64,000 bases of DNA from Sarea resinae. Its lineage: Eukaryota. Both the position numbers and the translations under genes were made by a program. The notes under the pieces are model-generated. The model was not told where the DNA came from. It saw only the letters and a program-made list of their open reading frames with translations, and ran no database searches. The stretch covers positions 1 to 64,000 of the forward strand of contig JAPEUD010000060.1 of NCBI GenBank assembly GCA_026026165.1, in the 5' to 3' direction. Numbering within the stretch: position 1 is the first letter of the stretch; each line of letters starts with the position of its first letter. Below, one piece after another: positions 39,016 to 53,549 of this stretch.

Positions 39016-39589
39016 TATTTAGGTTTGCATAATATATCTCTAGTTAGACAATTAAACAGTCTGTTGCACTAGACAGTTAACAACTGTATTAGGACTAGAT
39101 ATAATACCTTATAGCAGACAGTGTATATACCTAGTCTAGGTCTTATCTATATAGAAACTAAGTTGTTACTAGCCTGCTTAAGGTTTCTGCGTTTTACATC
39201 CTATATAAGGTTAACAACTAGAAATCAATGTACTCTTATAAGGAGACACTTATAATATAGAATACAATTAGTTATAGGCCTAACTTAAGTACTAGTACAA
39301 CCTCTTTATTATATTCTAATCTAATCCTCTCTCTCTCTATATCTGTCTTAATCTTATTAATAATCGCTGCTTATAGGATAAACCTAGCAATAATATTACA
39401 GATACTATCTATAGTTAGAGATAATAGTAGGAAAAGTTAGGTGCTTATCTTATTATCTATTGTTATATACTATTTAGCTAGTTAGTTATCTATTAACTAT
39501 TAGTAAATATTAGTTAATAGATAAATATATATACCTCTTACCTATTAGTAGTCCTATAGAAAGAGGTGCTATATAGATAGTTAGTAGAT

Positions 39590-39945
39590 AAGAAGGTATT
39601 AGTGTATAGAGAGTAGTAAGGCTACTAGGTAGAAGGGTATTAGAGTTAGATTAATTATCTATTAGCTGTTAGCAAGTGCTATTTAATCGATATAATTAGA
39701 TATCTCTTACTTATAGGTGTCTTTATAAGCTGCTAAACAGTCTAGTTAGTAGCTTTATACTAAGAAGAAGCTAGTGTATAGATAGTAACTGCTAGAGGAC
39801 TACTAAGTAGAAAGGCATTAGAGTTATATTAAATGTCTATTAGCTGTTAGTAAGTGCTATTTAATCGATATAATTATATGTCTCTTACTTATAGATATCT
39901 CTATAAGCTACTGCAATATCTGTTTAGTAGCTTTCTACTAAGAGA
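39590..39945. repeat. Tandem duplication with ~178-bp period
   Basis: attagctgttag(c/t)aagtgctatttaatcgatataatta occurs at ~39661 and ~39839. Confidence 0.8.
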
Positions 39946-41399
39946 GAGCTAGCTAGTAAAGAGTAGCTAAAGTACTAGAGGTGTTAGATAAGAGTAATAG
40001 CAAGGTCCTACTTTTAGATTGCAGTTCTTTCTTTACATTGTCTTACAGCTTCTTATAGATATCTTATATAATAATAAATAGGTGTTCCTAATTATAGCTC
40101 TATCTAGCAGCTTATCTTCTAATTTAGTCTGTAAACAGCATTTAGAAAGTTAGTAGACTGTATTACATCCTCTATTATAGTGTTAACTGCATAATTTCTT
40201 GCTGCTTAAAGGTTAGTGCAGCTATAGTTAGATAATACTTACTAGATAGCCCTTTATAATCTAGTCTTAGCTTTGTTTAACGTGACACCTAGAGTTAGGT
40301 ACACTTCTAATAGCCTCTCTTTTATAAGTTCTTATACTTAAGGATTAGGTCTTATAACTATCTCTTATTCTAGTCGATAAACTACATCCTATTATATCTC
40401 TTATTAGTTATATCTATTGTATAATAAGAGAGTAGCTTACTTAGCTAGATTGTTATAATATATTAAGAGGTAGAGAGATAACTAGCAAAGAGAATAAGTA
40501 GGAAGTGATTAAGGCTAAGAGTATAGCACTAAACTTAAGTTTAGTATAATAAGAATAATTAGGCTGCTAGACTAAGAGAGATATAATAAGCTAAAAGATA
40601 ATAACATAAGAGAATATAAGTAGAGAGCTAATAAGGCTAGAGATAAAGTTAATATCTTAATAGAATAATTATCTAAATTAGTAATAAAGTAAGGTTGTAT
40701 CTAGTAGGAATTCTTAACTAGGCTAGACTAGGTAGTAAGGGTTTTATAGCTTTAATATTAGATAAATAACGCGTTAGTATAGCGTAAGGTAAATAAGAGT
40801 AGTAGCAGCAAATAAGAGTAGTAGAAGTGAATAGAGATATAAGGTAAATAGAGATCTAACTAAATAAAACAAAGAATAATAACATTGTAACGTGTAAGAA
40901 AGAAGATAAAGAAACGTTGCTATTATTAACTGTTTCTAGCTATTAGCACTTAATGCTATTAGTATATCTAGTGCATAATATCGCACCTCTAACTAATATT
41001 ATATCTAATATACAATATATTATATAGATAATAGTTTGCTTATGTTTTAGACAGCTATTAGTGTAGGAGTAAGGTTAAAGCAATATAAATAGCAGCACTA
41101 CTTATATAGTGTCTACTTAGTGATAAAAGTCTAATAGTTAGTCTACTACTTAAGTAAACTGTCTGCTAATATAATGTTAAGATAAAGTCTTATAATAGAG
41201 TATTAACTATAGTATATCTAGCATTTTAATATTAAACAAAGAGGTAGAGTAAGAATAGTAAAGTAACACTATATATAAAATCTGCATTTTAGCTAATAGC
41301 TGCTATATATATGCAATATATATTAGAGGCACTACCTTATATTATATAATAGATAAGCAATATACTAGGTAGTTAGGTAGGTAAGGTATTATAGTAGAT

Positions 41400-41460
41400 A
41401 TAGTACCTACCTAGGTATATCTTAGACTATAGTACCTACCTAGGTATATCTTAGACTATA
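41400..41460. repeat. 29-bp tandem duplication atagtacctacctaggtatatcttagact
   Basis: Two adjacent exact copies. Confidence 0.85.
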
Positions 41461-41699
41461 ATGTAGTAGGTAGTTACAGTCTACTTAGATTTATATAGCT
41501 ACTATATAATAGTATACTAAGAGATATATAAATATACTTAAGAGTACCTTACTATAATATTGTGCTATAGTAGTCTTTAATAATAGACTAGAGTATATAG
41601 TACTATATAAGAGCAGATTAATAACTAATACAATTAGTAGATTATCTTATTTGCATACAAATTAAGTCTAGTTTATCACTAAATTTATCTGTGTCTTTA

Positions 41700-43300
41700 G
41701 CTAAGGCAGGTCTTTAAATCACTTAAACACTAATTAGAGTAGCTAACCTACTATACAGAGCTAATTAGATATTTAGACTAGTGTATAGTGTTATCTATTA
41801 GTTGACTTTTATTATATAGATAATATAATAGACTTAAAACAGACACTAATATATAGTTTACATAATAGAACGTTATATAACTACCTCTAGAGAAAGTGTA
41901 GTAGATAATTAGGTTTCTTTACTAAGGACTAAGGAAAGCTTTTGCTAAATGCCTACTGTCTTACTATAGTTACATGTTATAGAGATGCTTTTATTATTAC
42001 GCTAGATACACTTATTATAATTAATTAAACTATCTAATACACAATAATAAGAGCGCCTTTTTAGTCCTTCTAGTATACTGTATTTATCTATGTATATAAT
42101 CTTATTAGCAAGGCAGATAGGAATTTCGTTTAATATATAATAACAGTTATCTCTTAGTAATATCTAATAGATATATATAGTATATCTACTTACTACTACT
42201 TAGATAGCAAGATAATAGCCTTTTCTAAGGCAGACTACTTTTACTTATATATTTAAGGCTAGTAATAAGAGGTACTTAGTAGGATAAGAGTCCTACGTTA
42301 TTAGTTTAAGTCTAATCTTATAATTAAGTAATATACTATTTGCTTACTTTTCTTCTAAATCATAAATTTCTGTAATCTATTTGTTTATTAGGTTTTATAT
42401 AGATATATATCTCTTTAGAGATACTAGATAATAACAATTAGTAGATAATTATCTCTTAGGTAAAGATAGTCTAGTTATCTAGATATATGTTATTAAATAG
42501 TTATAGTGTTGTGTTACAAGCTACACTCACGATTTTTAAACGCATAATTTCTTCTAGAAAAAGTTTAAAGGCAGACTCTAGCTCACTATTATATTTAATC
42601 TAAAATGTCTAGTAGTTAACGTCTAAGTCTATCTAAACTATCTTATAGCTAGGTATATAGCGTCTAATAACTTATTAGACAGATTCTATTAAAAGAGATA
42701 GAAAAGAGTGTATCTAGGATTTAAAGGCGTTCTCTCTATAGTATATATCCTAGATAATATAATGTTTAACTATCTAGTATATAAGGATATAGATATTAAA
42801 TAGGTATTAGATATTACTTACTAGTTAGAGTCTTTATACTAGAAGTTAATATTTCTACTGCGCTAGTAGATAGTAGTATACTACTATTATCTTTACCTTC
42901 TCTATTATTATTATTAGTTATATCACTGTCTGCTATAAGAGGACTATATTCTCTCTTCTTTTAATCTCGCTTCTTTTTATAACAATCTTAGATAACAATG
43001 TATAAGTATTCCTAATAGTCTACCTATCCTTAAGGTTATTATCTAAAGTAATTTGCTAGGGCTAAAGAGAAGTCTATTTACTAGATTATATCTCTAATTA
43101 AATTATTAACTTGTTTAGCCCTTGCTTAGATAGTGTTATATATTTTATACTAACTCGCGATACATTTTATATAACGTTATAATACTACCTTGCTTTTATT
43201 TATTAGATTAAGTAATTTAAGAGTATAATATACATCTAATAGCTAATAATAAGATAATTGTTTAGATCGCCTAGACAGTTAGTTTAAGAGACTAGAGAGT
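41700..43300 (-). pseudogene. Intron-containing cargo gene remnant within the Plavaka element, product unknown
   Basis: Frame ..ELESAFKLFLEEIMRLKI is followed by an intron gtgagt (~42530) ... tag (~42480). Confidence 0.5.
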
Positions 43301-46300
43301 AGATAATAAAGGCTACTAGTAGTTAGCTAATAAGGTGCTTTTCTCTATTAAGTCTCTCTAGTTAGTAAGGTGCTAATCTTATAGAATTAGGTTGTTAGAA
43401 GCAGGCGTCTAACTGTATAGCGTGTATTGTGTATATAGTGTACTTATGTATTTGTAGCTAGTTTGACTTGCTTAAAAGCAACTAGAAGATATAGTTTTAG
43501 TAAAGAAGAAGAGTTTTACACGTATATCTACCTATAGGCTTAATAGATAGTATTAATAGCAGTACACTAGTAAGACAATCTCTTACACTAAGGCAAAAGC
43601 CTACTAGATCTAGTTCCTTTTACCTTACTATTTGTTATTTTATCGCCTTTGCAACGCAATGTTAAAGTGTATATTACAGTGTATATAGCAAGCTACTTGC
43701 TTTTATAACACTGCTTCCCCTAATTAAAATTCGCTCTATTTGTTCGTCTATAATCTAGTTTTTCTAATCAGAACGTTTAAACGCTTAAATTGCTTTAATT
43801 CTATTGTTTACTTTACTAGTTAAACCTAGCATATACAACTACTGCAAATAAAGTGACTATATCACTAAGTTTGCTTATAAGGGTACCTACCTTACCTTAA
43901 CTTATCTGTTTTTATCTACTCTAACTACACTTTATATCTTTTCTTTACGTTTAATACAGTGTCTGCCTAACTAGGCAGCTACTCTATTACAGTTAAACTA
44001 GAAAACCTAATTGATCTAATCTTCTTTAACAAGGTTATCTAACTTGCTTATTATCTCTAGAGCTTTATCTACTAACGTACTGCATATATAAGAAACGTTA
44101 ATAGCAAGACAACTTTAAATCTTAACTTTATTACACTTGCTTATAGTGCTTTAAGCTTGCTAACACTGTATCTATAAGAGTAGGAATCTAATCGATCTTT
44201 ATATATAGAAGCAGTTAGACGTTTTAACAAAGACGCTGCAGGACTAAAGGCTAAACAAAAGAGATTATTAACCCTTAATTATCCTAAAAGAGATAAGAAA
44301 CATTTATTAAGAAATAATAGTGACAATTCTAGCAACCTACTAGCACTGTAAAAACTACAATCTTAATCTGTTTACTAAATAGTAGTCAACTAGCTGTAGT
44401 TTGACATAGCTAATTGTATATTGCAATTAGTGCAGCCTAACTAGTCTAAGAGAGTCACTTTAGCTGACAAGGAAATTAAACGTCCTAGCATATAAGAGAA
44501 AGAGAAACAACTATAATAAAGGAGATAATCTGCAACAAATACAGGTCTCTCTAGGTTAAATACAAACGCTAATGTTAGTTTTACTCTACTGTAATTAAGC
44601 ACACTGTAAGTAATAATAAGAGAGGCTATATATAAAGGAATAACGTCTAGACTAGAACGCCTAAGAACTAGCAGTTCTAATTGTACTGCTAGACACTAAT
44701 CGCTATCCTATTAACTGACTTAATCGTGTAGAACCTAGGATAATTAAGATCTAGATAGAGATAGTAAACTATTAGAAGACAACTCTTATAAGCTTAAGGA
44801 TAATAATAACACGTTAGATAATTGTTAGAGATTAGAAGAAGTCAGCTTTTTTAACCTAAATCTTAACCTAACCTATAGTGACAGTGACATCGTTTAAATC
44901 AGAGATAAAACCTATTTTTAAAACGTCTAACTATTTATTAAGAGTCTTAAAGATGTTGCAATAATAAAGAAACTATAAATTGTAAGACGTAACCTAAACA
45001 AGTGCCTCTATAAGACCGCCTAGCAGTAGTATATTAGTGTGCTCTTAGCTGCTAAACGCTAAGTACTTAAAGACAGCTTAGGTGTAAAACAATAGACAGA
45101 TACACTCTACAAACAATTTAAAGACTCTTGCTTAAAAGCAATAACAGCGCTTAAGAGCAAACAATACACAATTATAAATATATAGCAAGGACATAACGCA
45201 GGCGATTATGTTACTAGAGTCGTTAGATACGCAAAAGCCGCTAAGGTCTCTTTAACTCTCTCTTAACTTATAATAGTGTAGATAAGGCTAGATCTAAATC
45301 TATGTATTAATATACTAAAGCCTAAAGAGAGCATAATAGTAGACGCCTTTATTAAGTGCATAGATAACATAAAGGAAGTATAGGAAGACTAATATATTAA
45401 CTAGCGTCTAAGCAACAAATAGGCTCTTTTATAGTTTTAAGGTAACTACTACTAGCTATTTAACAGTTGTAGAAACTTTAGGTATAACTAACGCAGTGGC
45501 TTTAGCTTTAATAACTGCAGAGAGAGTTACTAGAATACATTCTAGTGTACTATGTTTTAGAGATCTAATATTAACCTAACTTAGGAAAGAAACGCCGGCT
45601 TGCCTAGGCTTCTAGCCCTCTAGCAACCCCTTTAGATTACTGCTAGCAACAAGCGTAATACTAATAAAAACTGCAGTAGATATAAAGGTTATAACAATTA
45701 AAGTAATTACTAAAACAACAATTATAGGAACTATTAAAACAACACCTAGAGTAACTATAAGAACTATTCTACTTACTAATAGAGAAACTAGAATCAATAG
45801 AGAAACTAGAATCAACAGAATTAATAGGGAAATAATGCTAGACCCTTAGCATATTATTAAGAACAAAACAACTTAGATAATAACAAAAACCTAGATTCGC
45901 GCTAAGAGCTAGCTTCCTACTATTAAGATTACCTCTAAGAACTAGAATCTTCTAATCCTACTAGCTAAAGTAGATATTATATTGATTAGGATAGTTTCTA
46001 TATCGACTAAGATAGATTCTATATTAACTTAAACAGCTTCTAAGTTAACTAATTTAGAGCAAACACAGATGCTAGCTAGCAAGCTCTAATATTATAACAA
46101 GCCTAATAAGACTAAGTTAACACGCATTTTATAGACATCCTAACTAAGGACCGCGTTACTTACTAAACATGTAAACTAGAATTTGTATCTTATAACAAAC
46201 TCTAGGAATATCTAAGCAAATCTGCCTGCTAACTTATTTCCTAGAAAGTTAAGGTTAAACTATCTGTTAGAGTTTTACAACCCTAGAACTATATTTAAAC

Positions 46301-48389
46301 ACTAAAGATATAAAAGCAAATTCGCTCTGTATCTATATAATAAGACTAATCTACTAGAGGCTACTAATTTAGGCCTTATAAGTATATAACAATGTAGGTA
46401 TTGTTCTAGAGTAGTAATAGTAAGTATAAGATTTATATTAACTTAGGTTACAGCATGTCTCTTATTAACTAAGCTTTCCTAACTAATATTCTAAATGTCT
46501 AAATTAAGAATATAGCTAGCCCTATAACAGTTAGAGGTATAGGCCTCTAAACCTATAGGTCTAACAAGTACATCTATATTAAGATCTGTTTTAATAGAAT
46601 TACACCTAATACTACTAATAATTACACTGCGATTATTACAAGAGAACTGCATCTTATTAATAGATTATGTGCTAACGTTCTTCTTAGAGTAGATGTTATA
46701 AAACTAGAACTTATGCAAATCGACTTTTCAGCACTTAAATTAGTTATAGAGAGCTATAACTAAGCTGAAATCCTAATATTAGTCTCTATAAAAAGCAATG
46801 TTAGAGTCTAACACGTAGTACGCTCTAAGAGGAAGTTAACTATCCTATCCTACACCTATATAAATGTTTAGATATCTCTTAAAGGCGATAACCTATTGCT
46901 TAATAACTAGAACCTTATATTTAAACTGTCTTATAAGTCCTACATAATATAGTTTTACACACACATTATTAACACTATTATGTTGTTTGTCTAAGTCTAT
47001 AATTCTAGTAAGGAAACAGTTATAATACTACGCTATACTTAGCTAGAAACTATTTAAGAATATAAAGAAGATAGTTACTACTTTATAGATCTAGCAAACT
47101 ATTACTTAGCCTAAACTATAGATACAGCAGTTAGCACGTTTAAATAGTTTTATATAGACATTAAGATAAAGTTATAGGAGTATATTATAAAGAACAGTGT
47201 TATAGTGTATAGAGATACACCTACAGTAAAAAAGCTTAAGAATGTAGTTTTATCCTACCTAGAACTATAGTCTAACCGCAGATTAATAGTTAATATGCTA
47301 AACAAACACTATATATATATACTACTTATTAACAATTAGGACAGATTTAAGATACTAATAAAGGTGTATCTACTTAGTTAAAAGGACAGAGATATAGTTA
47401 ATAACACGTTTAATAAAATATATAATTAGAACAAAATAGAATACACTATATCCTCTACACTATTTAGTTTTCTAGTATTTATTGTATAGCAGTCTGTGAA
47501 AGCTAAAGATAGACAAGCTATAAAGAAGGGCAGAGTTATAGTAGATATCTGCAGGCTAAATCAAATTACTTGTAAAGACTTATACCTAATTCTATTACAA
47601 TCTAATATAATCACTATAGTTAAAGGTTGCAAATTTATTAGCATTATTAACGCAATTACTATGTTTTACTAGTTTCTTATTACAGAGAAAGACTACTATA
47701 AGTTAGCTATAAATACACACTGTAGCTAGGAGTACTTTAAGGTTGCTCTTATAGGTTATTTAAGATCTGTTTAGCATGTGCAACAATCTATAGACTGTAT
47801 TCTCTAGCCCTATTAACAGTTCTTATAAGGATATATTAACAATATTATTATGTTCTCTAAGACAATTAAAGAACACGTCTAACACTTATATACTTTGCTA
47901 TAGGAACTTTATAAATTAGGGTTTTCTCTAGCTGTAACAAAGTTATTGTTAGGGGCGCTACACGGCTTAGGTTGCTACATGTGGCTGCTGCACTACTGCA
48001 GTATAGAAAGCTATAGAATAGCATAGAACTAGAACAGAGTTATATAAGCAAGGTAATAGAGGCTGTTAGGCACTAAAGCGACTCCTATATAGGAGGCCCT
48101 AAATGCTAGAGGTTAGAACCTTAGCATTTAACTCTATAAGGATAGTAGTTATTAAAGCATAGAATCTATATACAATTGTTACCTACTAAGCTATAGGTAT
48201 CCTACCCTTCTCTACTTAGCTAGCTACTAGCTGTACTATAGGTAGCTACCTATTAGCGTTGTTTAAGCAGCCTACCTAATAGACCTGTCTTACAGTTTTA
48301 AATGCTTTCCTATCCTAGGAGGTAGTCTGCTAAACGACCTAATTAGCTGTTATAGTGAACTAAACAAGGCATAACTTATATCCCTTAAA

Positions 48390-51300
48390 GGACTACCCTT
48401 GCAAACTAGTTATGTTAGGAACTACAGGTAGACTAACGTCGACACCTGACCTAAATCTAGCTGACACTTGTCTGCTGTCTGTTAATAAGCTAGATATTAA
48501 TAATAGTCTTACTCTTACTAAGAGGAGCGAATTTAATTGTGCTGCTAGGCGTGTAGAGCGCTAGAGGTGTTGCGCGAGATTAAACAACGCGAAAGAGAAC
48601 TTAGAGAGGAGATTAGATATAAATCTAATAAACACTACACTAATATCTCTCTAAGTTATTTGTCTTAAAGGAGCACGCTAAGCGCCTAGCTAAGGGATTG
48701 CTAGCAGATATCTAGCGATAAGGAGGCTAAACGCTAGACTCTAAAGCGGTATTAAGTAGAAGACTTAACGTTTAAACCTAAAGACTCTCTAATCTACTTA
48801 GAGAAGAATTAGCGTTAATACTATAAGTACATGCGCAAGTGCAACAACACCTTTGTATTAAGACTCTCTGCTACCTGCACTAATAATTAGAAGGTCGCCT
48901 ATGCTGTTATATTCTTAGAGGCAGAACCAGCCTATATATAGGAACGCTATAAGGCTAATTATAGTCGCAGGAGTATTACCTAGCAGGGTTATTAAGATTT
49001 GCTGCTAGATGCTCTCTAAGATCCTTTCTAACAAAGTATAGACGCTATCTAGCGATACGCTAGCGCGTCGCAGCGTCTAGGCTAGAAGGTCTAGGAGTTT
49101 GTAGCGTACCTTAACTGACTTAAGATAGAATTAGATCCTAAGCTAGACAAGCAACAAATAGAGGATCTATCTACTAAATTCCGCCCTAAAATTATACAAC
49201 AGATTAACCTATACCTTAAGCAGCCTAAGACACAGGCAGCCCTTATTTCAGCAGCTTAGAGAATCGAAATGGTTTTAAACTAGTTAAAGACATAGACCTA
49301 GCGCGAACTAGCTTTGTTAGGGTAATAGGACTAGACACACTTAGAAAAGCCTAAGTATAAAGAACAGGATTTATAAGATAGCTGTTAGCGCTAACTAAAG
49401 AGGTAATAGAGCGATCGCTAGACAAATTCTAGCTCTAGACTAGCGACAGCCCTAAATAACATAGCTACATTATCTAAGAGCAGCTTCGCGCCTAATACCT
49501 ATTAGACCTGTAGCTCTACAGACTATTAGTCTAAAGAGTGCCTAAGGAAACAAAACCGCTAGAGATCTTTAAAAGGCAGTCCTTAGAAGTCTTAGCCTCT
49601 GCACTTCTAGGTAAGAGAGCGCTAAAGAGGCTATGCATAACTACTACAGTATAGGTTTAAGATATTTGCAGTAATAAGTAGGAGTTGCTTGCCTTTGTTA
49701 ACTCTAGTGCAGTATATAACTGTATGTCCTAACTTAGTGTTAAGCAATGTAGCCTCTAGGCTATTACTAGCAATACCCTAGCGATTCGCAGGGTAGACAG
49801 CTAGAAGCTGCTAGCATATAGCTACCTTAAGGTTAATATCACCCTTATTAACAGCAAGTTATAGACTAAGTAGAGCAAGGAAGAATTCCTATCTATAGAT
49901 ATAGTAACCCTATATAAGGTGATCCTAAGACAACCCTAGCTAGTTAAGCATAACCTGTCGATAAACTAGCAGACTAGCGACTAGAGTTATAGCGTCTAGT
50001 TAATTGATAGACATAAGTTCTAGCAGGAAAAGGACAGCAATGCTGTAGTTAGTGCTCTGTTTGTTACTAACTAAACGCTAGACAGTAGCTAGCACATTAA
50101 CAGCAAGAAAATTGTGTCTATCTAGGAAGCTAAGATTCTAGAGCCTTATACAGTATATAGAGATGTATTCTCTAAGGAGGAAGCGAATAAGCTCGCCCTT
50201 TATACTCCTTTTAATTATTTAATAGAAACAGTTAATAACAGACTGCTGCCTTTTAGTCCGCTATATAACCTCTCTAAGACAGAGCTTATAGTCCTAAGAG
50301 ACTATATCTATAAGAACCTAGAGAAAGGGTTTATTAGTCGCTCTAAGTCACTAGCTAAAGCACTAATCCTATTTGTTAAAAAGAAGGATAGTAGCCTGCG
50401 ATTGTGTGTCAATTACTAAGGGTTAAATAACCTTACTATTAAGGATCGCTACCCTTTGCCACTGATTAGCGAAGCACTTAATCAACTAGCTAGCGCAAAG
50501 TACTTTACAAAGCTTAATATTTGCGCCGCCTACAATCTAATTTGTATCTAGCAAGGCAATAAGTAGAAGACAGCGTTTAGAACGTGATATAGCTACTTTA
50601 AGTATAATGTTATACTGTTTAGCCTGTCTAATGCCCCTGCTACCTTCTAGTTATACATTAACTAGTCGTTGCATAACTGCTTAGATGTCTTCTATATTGT
50701 CTATTTAGATAATATACTAATATATTTAAACTCTCTAGAAGAATATAAGGAACATATACGCTAGATCTTAAATAGGCTGTGTACTAACCGCCTTTTTATA
50801 AAGCTAGAGAAGTGCGAATTTAGTAAGAAAGAAACAAGCTTCTTAGAATTTACTGTCTCTAAGAAGAGCGTTAGTATAGAGATGTCTAGAGTATTAATAA
50901 TAATAGACTAGCTATTACCTAAGTCATTTAAGGATATCTAAGTCTTCCTAGAGTTTGCTAACTTCTATTAACAGTTTATTAAAGGATTCTCCTAAATCAC
51001 TGCTCTCTTTATAGCTATGCTAAAGAGAAGTAAAGCAGGAAAATTCTTTTATAAATTTAAGATAAGGAGGTAACCCTTGCCTTTAAGAAGATAAAGGATG
51101 CCTTTACCTAGGCCTTGTTTCTAATCTACTTTAACCTGTTAAAGCTAATCTACATAGTGACTAATGCGTCAGGCTATGCTATATCTAGTATCCTGCTACA
51201 GACTAGCAATAATCTAGGTCAGGCCTATTAGCATTCTATCGCGTTCTATTCCTACAAGATAGAACCTGTAGAGAAGAACTATAAGACATATAATAGCGAA

Positions 51301-53410
51301 CTGTTAGCTATTGTAACCGCGTTTAAGACCTAGAGACACTACTTAGAAGGAGCTAGGCATATAGTGCAGGTGTACACAGACTACACAAATATCCTAAATC
51401 TCTTAAAGGACAAAGAATTGCGCTATAAGCAGCATTAGACCTGCTAGGCAAAGTGGTTAGCTGATTTTAATATCGAATTCACCTACTTAAAAGAGATAAA
51501 GAATCCTATAGATAGACTCTCTTATCGCCTAGATTATGCTAGCAATACGCTAGTAAGCGACTAGGTCGCTACCCTTATAGAGAAAGAGACGCGTAAGGTA
51601 TTAACCTTATCTAAGCTCTAAGAGGCTAACGCTACACGTCAATGTATGCTGTATGCCCTAGAGGTAGCTAAAATAGCTAAGCTAAAGAGCTTAAGCTATT
51701 GTTAGGATAGATATAGACTATCGCTAGCGACAAGCTAGAACGTACCTAACAATAGTTTAGCGTTCTACAAGGCTAATTTAGATAAGAGTTCTATTAGCAG
51801 GTCTGTGCCTAAATTGTAGGGTAGCAAGTATGCTGCTAGTACTAGTAGTCTAGAACACTTTGTACTACAATTAGAGGCAACTGTAGCCCTAATCAAACTA
51901 GTAGAAGACGAACTAGAATCAAGTCTTAGTCTTTACACAATACAGGCTAGAGATGCTAGCACAGCAAGGATAACAGCTAAGCTTAACAAAGTCGTTGCTA
52001 GAACCTACAAACCCTAGGTTAAGCACTAGAAAAAGACACTAAAAGGTGTTGTGCTGTATTATAGCTGTGTCTATATCCTAGACGTAGCTAGCGTTAGGAA
52101 GGAGATCTTCTAGCAATTGTATAACAATGTAATAGCTAGTCACTTTAGTTATACTAGAACGTTAGCACACGTTTAGAAGCAATATAACTAGCTAGGCTTG
52201 CCTAAAGAAGTAGCGCAGTACATTAAGCATTATAATATGTGTTAAAAAATAAAGATATAAAGGTATAAGCCTTATAGCGAGCTACAAACGCTGCTAGTTC
52301 TAACACACCCTTAGAAAGATATTTCTATAGACTTTATTACTAGGGTTCCTCTAGGTATAGCCTGCAATAGAGTTGTAAGTGATGCTATACTTGTGATAGT
52401 AGATAGATTTACTAAAATAAGCTAATATCTAGTTGTTAGCAAGACTATTAACAGCTTGTCGCTAGCAGACCTCTTCCTACACATAATATAGAAGGATTTT
52501 AGAGCTCTATAGTCGATTGTCTTAGATAGAGGAAGCATTTTTACCTCTAAGTTCTAGACCTTGCTATGCAACTATCTTTACATTCGTTAAAATCTATTAA
52601 CAGCGTTCTACTTACAGAGCAATAGTTAGACTAAACGCTAAAACTAGACGTTAGAACAATATCTTTATAGCTACGTTAATTATTAGCAAGATAATTAGAC
52701 TGACTTGCTACTGCTTGCAGAATACGTGTATAATAATAGCGTTAACGCTACAACAAGCTGTACACTGTTCGAGGCGTTACTAGGCTATAGCCCTAATATA
52801 CTCTTTATACCTCTAGCTAATTGCTAGCGATTAAAAGCCTCTAAGGTAAGAGAGCGCGCTAAAGAACTTTGCGATATATAAGAGCACCTAAAGGCATGTC
52901 TTAAAGAGGCTAATACATATCAAACGTAATTCTATAACAAATCCTATATCCTAAAGTCCTTTAAGGAGAGAGATAAGGTGTTGCTATTATCTAAGAATAT
53001 ACGCACTACTAGACCTAAGAAGAAACTTAAGGAAAGATTCCTAGGACTCTTTAAAGTAGAAAAGATAGTTAGAAGGCAAGTGTATCGCCTTTAATTACCT
53101 AGCGATCTAGAGAGGATACACCTAGTGTTCTATATCTCCTTGCTAGAAGACTATAATACTAGAGAAAGGGATGCTACTCTTAAACTAGCGCAAATTAAGC
53201 TATAAGAGGACTCTAATTCTAAGTACAAAGTTAAGAAAATTGTAGACAGCTGCAGAAGCAGCCTAAGCTAGGTAAAATATAAGGTTATATAGAAGAGTTA
53301 CTTAGAAGACAATTCTATATAGGAACCTACAGCGAACCTATAAAAGGCAGCAGGTCTAATCAAGGAGTTTTACTAGCTAAACTCTAGCAAACTAATAGCG
53401 TTATATAAAT
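48390..53410 (+). pseudogene. gag-pol: gag-pol remnant of chromovirus C
   Basis: Protease AFVNSSA at ~49690. RT PILFVKKKDSSLRLCVNY at ~50365 and YLDNILI at ~50702. RNase H TNASGYA at ~51160, integrase ISIDFI at ~52321, chromodomain YKVKKIVD..YKVI*K..*EP at ~53224-53340. Confidence 0.93.
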
Positions 53411-53549
53411 AGAAGTAGAACTAGAAGCTAAACCCTATCTATTGTTGTATAGGAAACAAAAAAGACACGCTATAAACCTGTACTATAAAAAAGGAAAAGA
53501 AAAACACCTACTCTAATACCTGCGATCGCCACCTAATAGCCTTCTAACA

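Larger units (their letters stand above)
33630..39350 (-). pseudogene. Second, diverged Plavaka-like ORF remnant with a repetitive low-complexity N-terminal region
   Basis: KLNFSR*** at ~37105-37135 corresponds to the ELxxGxWWW-like motif. PLN*KH at ~36385 sits where PDxLH is expected, and YYSVIN*** at ~33650 resembles the terminal NxxIDW. Acidic repeat region at 38118-38495. Confidence 0.5.

Noticed and set aside
45612..45815. 67-aa hydrophobic ORF
   Set aside because: Antisense of the Asn/Arg-rich repetitive gag tail of Gypsy B.
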